From contig JAIZWK010000001.1 of NCBI GenBank assembly GCA_021498095.1, positions 810,001 through 842,000 on the forward strand: a stretch of DNA of 32,000 nucleotides, in the 5' to 3' direction. Shown in pieces: positions 27,041 through 32,000 of the stretch. This stretch comes from Candidatus Harpocratesius repetitus. Its GTDB lineage: Archaea > Asgardarchaeota > Lokiarchaeia > Sigyniarchaeales > Promethearchaeaceae. Position 1 is the first letter of the stretch; each line of letters opens with the position of its first letter. The notes beneath the pieces were generated by a model that ran no database searches, was not told the DNA's origin, and saw only the letters and a program-made list of their open reading frames with translations. The translations under genes and the position numbers were made by a program.

Positions 27041-27244
27041 AAAGAATTTGTTAAAAATTTACCATCCTGTTTATAAATTCTTCAATCTGATATCGATTTT
27101 ATCATAATTTTTGATTTACATATTTTGAATTTGGCAACTTGGTAAAATCGACAAAAAATAAGGAAAGATATTTTAGATTTGAGTCGGAAGAATTAAAATG
27201 ATGAAATGAAAAACTTCGAATCTTTGAAATTTAAAATATCCACT
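27041..27244 (+). repeat. 204-bp non-coding direct repeat, copy 1
   Basis: Ungapped manual alignment to 28968-29171 gives 21 mismatches over 204 bp (~90% identity). Confidence 0.95.
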
Positions 27245-27285
27245 TATAACACTAATATTTTTTAAGGTAACGAGGATAAAACACA

Positions 27286-28233
27286 ATGAATAGATATTTA
27301 AATGTAAACCGGATAGAATTTGCAGTAACATACCTATGTAATGGAAAATGTAAGCATTGTTATACTACTAGGGATAAAGAAATGTTCCCAAATCATATTA
27401 ATGAATTCATTGCTCAAGAAATTGTTCGAAAAGTAGGTAAAAAACATCACCCAAGATCAATTATGACCTTTGGGGGAGAACCACTCTTATTTCCTGAAAT
27501 TGTTTTTAAAATCCATAAAGAAGCAATGAAAGTTGGCATCCTTCGTAGAGAAGTAATAACAAATGGCTATTGGGCAAATAATGATAAAAAAATTGAAGAA
27601 ATAGCCAAGGGTTTATTTGACTCTGGTGTGAATAATGTTATTATTTCTGTTGATGTATTTCATCAAGAACACATTCCCTTAAAATATGTTAGAAAAGCCG
27701 CTCAATCCTGTTTAAAAGCCGGTATTAAAGATATAGAATGGAATCCATGCTGGGTTATTGCTGAAAATGAGAATAATCGATATAATAAAAAAACTAAAAA
27801 AATTTTACAATCCCTTGAAGATCTTTCAATAAAAATATCATATGGAAATGTAATGCAACCCGATGGTTTTGCACTTTTAAATTTAAAGGAATTTTTACCA
27901 AAAAAAGAAAAAATTCCAACTGGTAAATGTGGAGATATCCCATATACAGATCCACTTGATTCAATACAATCAATATTTATTGAACCCGATGGAAAAGTTG
28001 CGGTCTGTAATGATTTTTATATAGGAAATGCAAGAAAGAGGGATGTTCTGAAGATTATTGAAGAGTATGATCCTTATAAAATCATAGAAATGAAATCTAT
28101 AATTGAAAACGGTATGATCGGATTAGCAGAATGGGCTAGAAAAAAGGGAATTGATCCAGATCCAAATGGATATTACTCCATTTGTCATATGTGTACAGAT
28201 ATTCGAAAAAAGGTGAAGAATATGAAATTATAA
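27286..28233 (+). CDS. Radical SAM protein with a C-terminal SPASM/Twitch-like Cys region, function unknown
   Basis: CNGKCKHC and FGGEP motifs; distal C...IEPDGKVAVC and CHMC; GAGG RBS. Confidence 0.9.
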   Translation: MNRYLNVNRIEFAVTYLCNGKCKHCYTTRDKEMFPNHINEFIAQEIVRKVGKKHHPRSIMTFGGEPLLFPEIVFKIHKEAMKVGILRREVITNGYWANNDKKIEEIAKGLFDSGVNNVIISVDVFHQEHIPLKYVRKAAQSCLKAGIKDIEWNPCWVIAENENNRYNKKTKKILQSLEDLSIKISYGNVMQPDGFALLNLKEFLPKKEKIPTGKCGDIPYTDPLDSIQSIFIEPDGKVAVCNDFYIGNARKRDVLKIIEEYDPYKIIEMKSIIENGMIGLAEWARKKGIDPDPNGYYSICHMCTDIRKKVKNMKL

Positions 28234-28408
28234 CAATAAAGATCCAGTCGGATTGTTTCGAAAAAATCATCATAATCGGGATTAGTTTCTATGAAGCTGA
28301 ATCTTTCTGCGAATAATCCATAATTGAATCCTACTATCGAAAAAAGAACTAAACCAACAAGGGTTCTGAATATTTAATTATTTTCACTTATTCCAAAATC
28401 GGAAATCA

Positions 28409-28959
28409 TCAAGTAATTTTCGTTAAAATCTTGTCAGATACAGTACGATCGCCTGATCTTTTTCAAAATGCCGAAATTATTACTTCTATAGGAATACCAA
28501 TTATTTTCTTTGGAGTTGAATCATCGTTTTCTTCAATCCTATAGATTATTAAGATTCCCTCAGAATTGGCAAAACCTGTGATATCTTTAAGAAATTCTTG
28601 TTTTCCATCTCTGGTCTTTAGTTGAAAATTTTTTTTTTAATCTAATTGGATATTTTCCTCCGCTTGTTCATTAATTAAATTTCTGATATCAGATAATTCA
28701 ACTGCTTCGCTCAATTCATACCCGAGTGTCCAAAAAGGCTCAAAACACATATTGATAGTAAATGCAAATGTCAGAGCTTCTTTTATTTCATCAACTGGAG
28801 TTTATTTTGAATCCGATTCATGGATTTAAGATTTTTTTCAGACCAAAAAATTTGTTTTACACGAGGATTTGAGTATTTCATATTCACTTGACAGCGTTTG
28901 GGTATTATCGCGATGTGCCTGATCTAATGCTTTTTCAACTACATCTATTTTTTACCCAC
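28409..28959 (-). pseudogene. Decayed gene containing a Schlafen/AlbA_2-domain fragment
   Basis: Manual translation gives LSDIRNLINEQAEENIQLD*KKNFQLKTRDGKQEFLKDITGFANSEGILIIYRIEE...KIIGI. In-frame stops at 28637-28639 and 28463-28465, with frameshifts upstream. Boundaries are approximate. Confidence 0.7.
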
Positions 28960-28967
28960 ATCAATCT

Positions 28968-29171
28968 AAAGAATTAGTTAAAAATATACCATCCTGTTTA
29001 TAAATTCTTCAATCTGAAGTCGATTTTATTAAAATTATTGATTTTCATACCTTGAATTTGGTACGTCGATAAAATCGACAAAAAATAAGGAAGGATATTT
29101 TAGATTTGAGTCGGGAGAATTAAGATGATGAAATGAGAAACTTAGAATCTTTGAAATTTAAAATACCCACT
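28968..29171 (+). repeat. 204-bp non-coding direct repeat, copy 2
   Basis: Matches 27041-27244; contains a perfect 11-bp inverted repeat GTCGATTTTAT (29019-29029) / ATAAAATCGAC (29069-29079). Confidence 0.95.
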
Positions 29172-29188
29172 ATTCATTTATAATTTTT

Positions 29189-29644
29189 TTATTCATTTAT
29201 AATTTCAAAGACCATCTTATCAATAATCGGCTTTTTGGTCTCACGCTTATCGAAATACCAACCTAGTACGTTATCTGGAGTAATAATAATCATAACTCCA
29301 GTTGAGAGGTAATTTAAAATTTGCAAGTCCATATCATGCAAATCCTCTTTCCCGTCAGGGTGAGTGTGAAACTGCCATACGATATCAATCCCATCTTCTT
29401 CTTTATACTTTCGCATTTGGAACAATTTGCGTTTCTTCATCCGCATCCATGATTTTGGTTTTTCGTGAGCTTTTGCGGGATCTTTTGTAATTTCATAACC
29501 TTTTACTATTCCAAAGTTCTCTTTTCTGTCGGCAAATATCCAACCTGCTACAATTTTATTATTTTCAGCGTGACCTTGTTTTGCAAGATCAATTAATTCA
29601 TTAAAAATCGGTTCTGGAATTAAATAACGAAAATCGATGCTCAT
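29189..29644 (-). CDS. JAB/MPN (JAMM-like) domain protein with an atypical motif
   Basis: WQFHTHPDGKEDLHDMD (HxH...D) followed by MIIITP; 151 aa. Confidence 0.8.
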   Translation of the reverse strand: MSIDFRYLIPEPIFNELIDLAKQGHAENNKIVAGWIFADRKENFGIVKGYEITKDPAKAHEKPKSWMRMKKRKLFQMRKYKEEDGIDIVWQFHTHPDGKEDLHDMDLQILNYLSTGVMIIITPDNVLGWYFDKRETKKPIIDKMVFEIINE

Positions 29645-29759
29645 AATACTCTACCAGAAGCATTAACCTACCATAAAAATTAATTCTTACGGTTCTGAGT
29701 AACAATCAGATCAAAGGAAAAAAAAATAATTTCCATAATTATAGCACCGAATGATTCAA

Positions 29760-32000
29760 ATGAGTCGAAATATTTCTCAATCTTCTACTAAAATAACATC
29801 CCCTTTTTATTATTCATATCCTAAACCTGTTTGGGCTATGAAAAAGGAAGAATTATTGTCTTTTTTGCATACATATGCTGAATTAGGATTAACAGTTAAA
29901 AAAGTCGAAGAACGACTCATTAAGGAAGGAAAAAATGAACTCCCTCATCCAAAACCACATTTTTTAAGGGTCTATTTGGCTCCTTTATTCAATTGGCTCA
30001 TTATTATTTATCTTATTGCTGCTATTATTATGTTTATTTTCGGAATTGTTACTGGTGAGGGAAATATGACAATGATTTACACAACTTTGGCTATCGTTGG
30101 ATTGAATTCTATAGTTGCTGTTGTTCAACAAGCCAGAGCTGTTAAAAAATTAAAAGCTTTACGCGCTTTATCCGCTCCAACTTGTGTAGTAATACGTGAA
30201 GGGCAAAAAATGGATATTCCCACAACTGATGTTGTTCGAGGAGATATTCTAATTTTGGATACAGGTGCCAGAATTCCCGCTGATTGTCGTATTTTAGAAT
30301 CAAGCAATTTGCAAGTTAATGAAGCTTCATTAACAGGCGAAAGCGAACTTGTGGCGAAAAATCATGGTGAAGCTCTACTTAATTTATATAAACCTCGTCC
30401 TCTTTCTAATATTTCTCCAAAAGATTCTGAAATTTCTCCAAAAGATTCTAAAATGGTTCAAAGTTCTTTACCCTTACAAGCGCAATCCAATATTCTTTTC
30501 TTTGGGACTTATATTACCTCGGGGAATTGTCGTGCAGTGGTTTATGCAACCGGTGTTCATACAGAATTAGGGAAAATTTCCCATAAGTTAGAAGAGCAGG
30601 GTTTCCAAGAAATACCAATACAAGTAAAATTGAACCATATCGGTAAATGGTTTGGTATTGGAGTTATGACGTTTTGGGCAATTGTGTTGGGAATCATCTA
30701 TTTTACGACCGGACGGGTTGAAATTATCAAAAGTTTAAACTCTGCGATGGATATAATGCCTATCAATATTCCCCTTCTCACAACTATCGTAATGCTTTCT
30801 GGGACTCTTGCCATGGCCAATCAAGGAGTAATTGTTAGAAATCTCACATCTGTAGAAAGTTTAGGTAGGGTTAGTGTCGTTTGTAGCGATAAAACTGGGA
30901 CTTTAACTAAAGGAGAAATGTGTGTGCAACATATCTGGGCTCGAGGATCGCACTTTATGGTAACTGGTAGTGGATATAATCCTAAAGGAGATTTTTTTCT
31001 TACCGATAATCCGAAAAGACCCGAAAAGATCGAAAATATTCAAGAATATCCGCATTTACAATTATTACTAGCAAATTGCTTGTGGAATAATAATGCATCC
31101 GTTCAAATTCAAAATATTGAAATTGGAAAAAAGACCTCATCCAGATGGACGATAATTGGCACTCCAACAGAAGGAGCTTTAGCTACATTGATAAAAAAGG
31201 TAGGTGATCCAGCAGTTATTAATGATTTTTCAAATCCACCTGTTTCAGTGGTGCATGAATTTGGTTTTTCTTCTCAACTAAAACGCATGACAAAAATTTT
31301 ACAAACCACTGATAAATCCTACATCAGCTTTACAAAAGGTGCCAGTGAAGTCGTTTTATCCCTCTGTGATAGATTATTAGCCGAAGAAAATAGTGCAGTT
31401 CCATTTATTGATGAACTACGATTGGTTATTATGAATCGTATTAATATATTTGAAAGTCAAGGTTATAGAATACTTAGTTTTGCCTATAAAAGGTTTAACA
31501 ATCTTCCATCTGATGATTTGGATACACCTAAAATTAGAGAAGATATTGAGTCAAATTTAATATTTATTGGCTTTGTTGCAATTATGGATTCTCCACGTAA
31601 TGGAATAAAGGAAGCAATTCAATCTTGCTATAATGCTGGTGTTGATGTTGTTATGATCACTGGTGATAGTCTGCCAACAGCAAAGGCTATTGCTGCTCAA
31701 ATTGGAATGTCTGCTTTATCTCCTAATAATGTGCATTTGGGAGGTCTTGAATCAATATTTTCTGATACTAATAAAATACCAAATATTTCTCAAATTAAGG
31801 TTTTTGCTCGTGTTTCTCCTTTGAATAAGCAAGAAATTGTTGAAGCATATCATAAACATGATAAAATTGTGGCAATGACGGGTGATGGTGTTAATGATGC
31901 TTTGGCTTTACATGATGCTGATGTTGGTATTGCCATGGGGATTCAAGGAACGGATATTGCGAAAGAGGCAGCCGATATGATCCTTTCTGATGATAATTTC
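29760..32000 (+). CDS. P-type ATPase (P2-like scaffold), 3'-truncated by the window edge; absent from the ORF track
   Basis: Manually translated open frame from ATG 29760 to the window end: RIPAD, SLTGES, DKTGTLT (30888), TKGASE, MITGD, FARVSP, MTGDGVND. Helix M4 reads PINIP. Confidence 0.95.
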   Translation, partial: MSRNISQSSTKITSPFYYSYPKPVWAMKKEELLSFLHTYAELGLTVKKVEERLIKEGKNELPHPKPHFLRVYLAPLFNWLIIIYLIAAIIMFIFGIVTGEGNMTMIYTTLAIVGLNSIVAVVQQARAVKKLKALRALSAPTCVVIREGQKMDIPTTDVVRGDILILDTGARIPADCRILESSNLQVNEASLTGESELVAKNHGEALLNLYKPRPLSNISPKDSEISPKDSKMVQSSLPLQAQSNILFFGTYITSGNCRAVVYATGVHTELGKISHKLEEQGFQEIPIQVKLNHIGKWFGIGVMTFWAIVLGIIYFTTGRVEIIKSLNSAMDIMPINIPLLTTIVMLSGTLAMANQGVIVRNLTSVESLGRVSVVCSDKTGTLTKGEMCVQHIWARGSHFMVTGSGYNPKGDFFLTDNPKRPEKIENIQEYPHLQLLLANCLWNNNASVQIQNIEIGKKTSSRWTIIGTPTEGALATLIKKVGDPAVINDFSNPPVSVVHEFGFSSQLKRMTKILQTTDKSYISFTKGASEVVLSLCDRLLAEENSAVPFIDELRLVIMNRINIFESQGYRILSFAYKRFNNLPSDDLDTPKIREDIESNLIFIGFVAIMDSPRNGIKEAIQSCYNAGVDVVMITGDSLPTAKAIAAQIGMSALSPNNVHLGGLESIFSDTNKIPNISQIKVFARVSPLNKQEIVEAYHKHDKIVAMTGDGVNDALALHDADVGIAMGIQGTDIAKEAADMILSDDNF
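30411..30452 (+). repeat. 21-bp tandem duplication within the ATPase A-domain (ISPKDSE/ISPKDSK)
   Basis: ATTTCTCCAAAAGATTCTGAA followed by ATTTCTCCAAAAGATTCTAAA. Confidence 0.9.

Noticed and set aside
28234-28380. Minus-strand hydrophobic reading frame fragment (IFRTLVGLVLFSIVGFNYGLF...)
   Set aside because: No start codon and no recognisable family; it may be a gene remnant but cannot be supported.
28637-28639. In-frame stop in the AlbA_2 fragment as a recoding site (Sec/Pyl)
   Set aside because: The codon is TAA, and additional stops and frameshifts indicate decay.
14455-29171. tRNA-Ser as integration site of a genomic island carrying the lysine cluster
   Set aside because: I found no duplicate of the tRNA 3' end downstream and no integrase; only proximity supports the idea.
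27041-29171. CRISPR array or intact IS element
   Set aside because: Only two long repeats, no short repeat-spacer periodicity, no cas or transposase gene.
320-30570. Short ORFs from the track overlapping longer genes (e.g. 320-517, 2024-2380, 2464-2718, 2943-3185, 3054-3257, 3283-3747, 5318-5503, 5741-5926, 6765-6980, 7413-7658, 8888-9076, 10774-11025, 15207-15401, 16112-16306, 16405-16779, 19444-19725, 22177-22368, 24909-25091, 26685-26978, 29302-29490, 30125-30307, 30349-30570)
   Set aside because: Shadow or alternative-frame ORFs over well-supported genes, with no recognisable motifs.

Overview
AT-rich archaeal DNA, most likely from an Asgard (Lokiarchaeia-like) genome. This taxonomic call is an inference from the archaeal-type NAC and Zn-ribbon MBF1, a CCA-less tRNA, an MfnA-like decarboxylase and a small GTPase carrying all five RabF motifs. 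Positions 1-14.5 kb hold mixed housekeeping genes: nac, a Rab-like GTPase with a long xPF/NPF-rich tail, MazG-like, an EamA-Lrp/AsnC fusion with two stand-alone Lrp ligand-binding domains, FGGY kinase, UvrD/PcrA helicase, mfnA-like, ThiS/MoaD, mbf1, hflX and tRNA-Ser(GCT). Positions 14.9-26.9 kb are a bacterial-style lysine fermentation cluster (kce, kdd, kamA, kamB, kamC, kamD, kamE). It has no kal but has a class-III aminotransferase (probable Kat), and it is interrupted by an Lrp regulator and a probably inactive PepD homologue. Positions 27-29.2 kb carry two ~90% identical 204-bp non-coding direct repeats enclosing a radical SAM gene and a decayed Schlafen/AlbA_2 gene. The window ends with a degenerate JAMM protein and a P-type ATPase that is missing from the ORF track and runs off the end. 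That ATPase has PINIP instead of PEGLP in helix M4. All family calls come from motif recognition by eye; no database searches were run. Several start codons were moved to better-supported in-frame ATGs.
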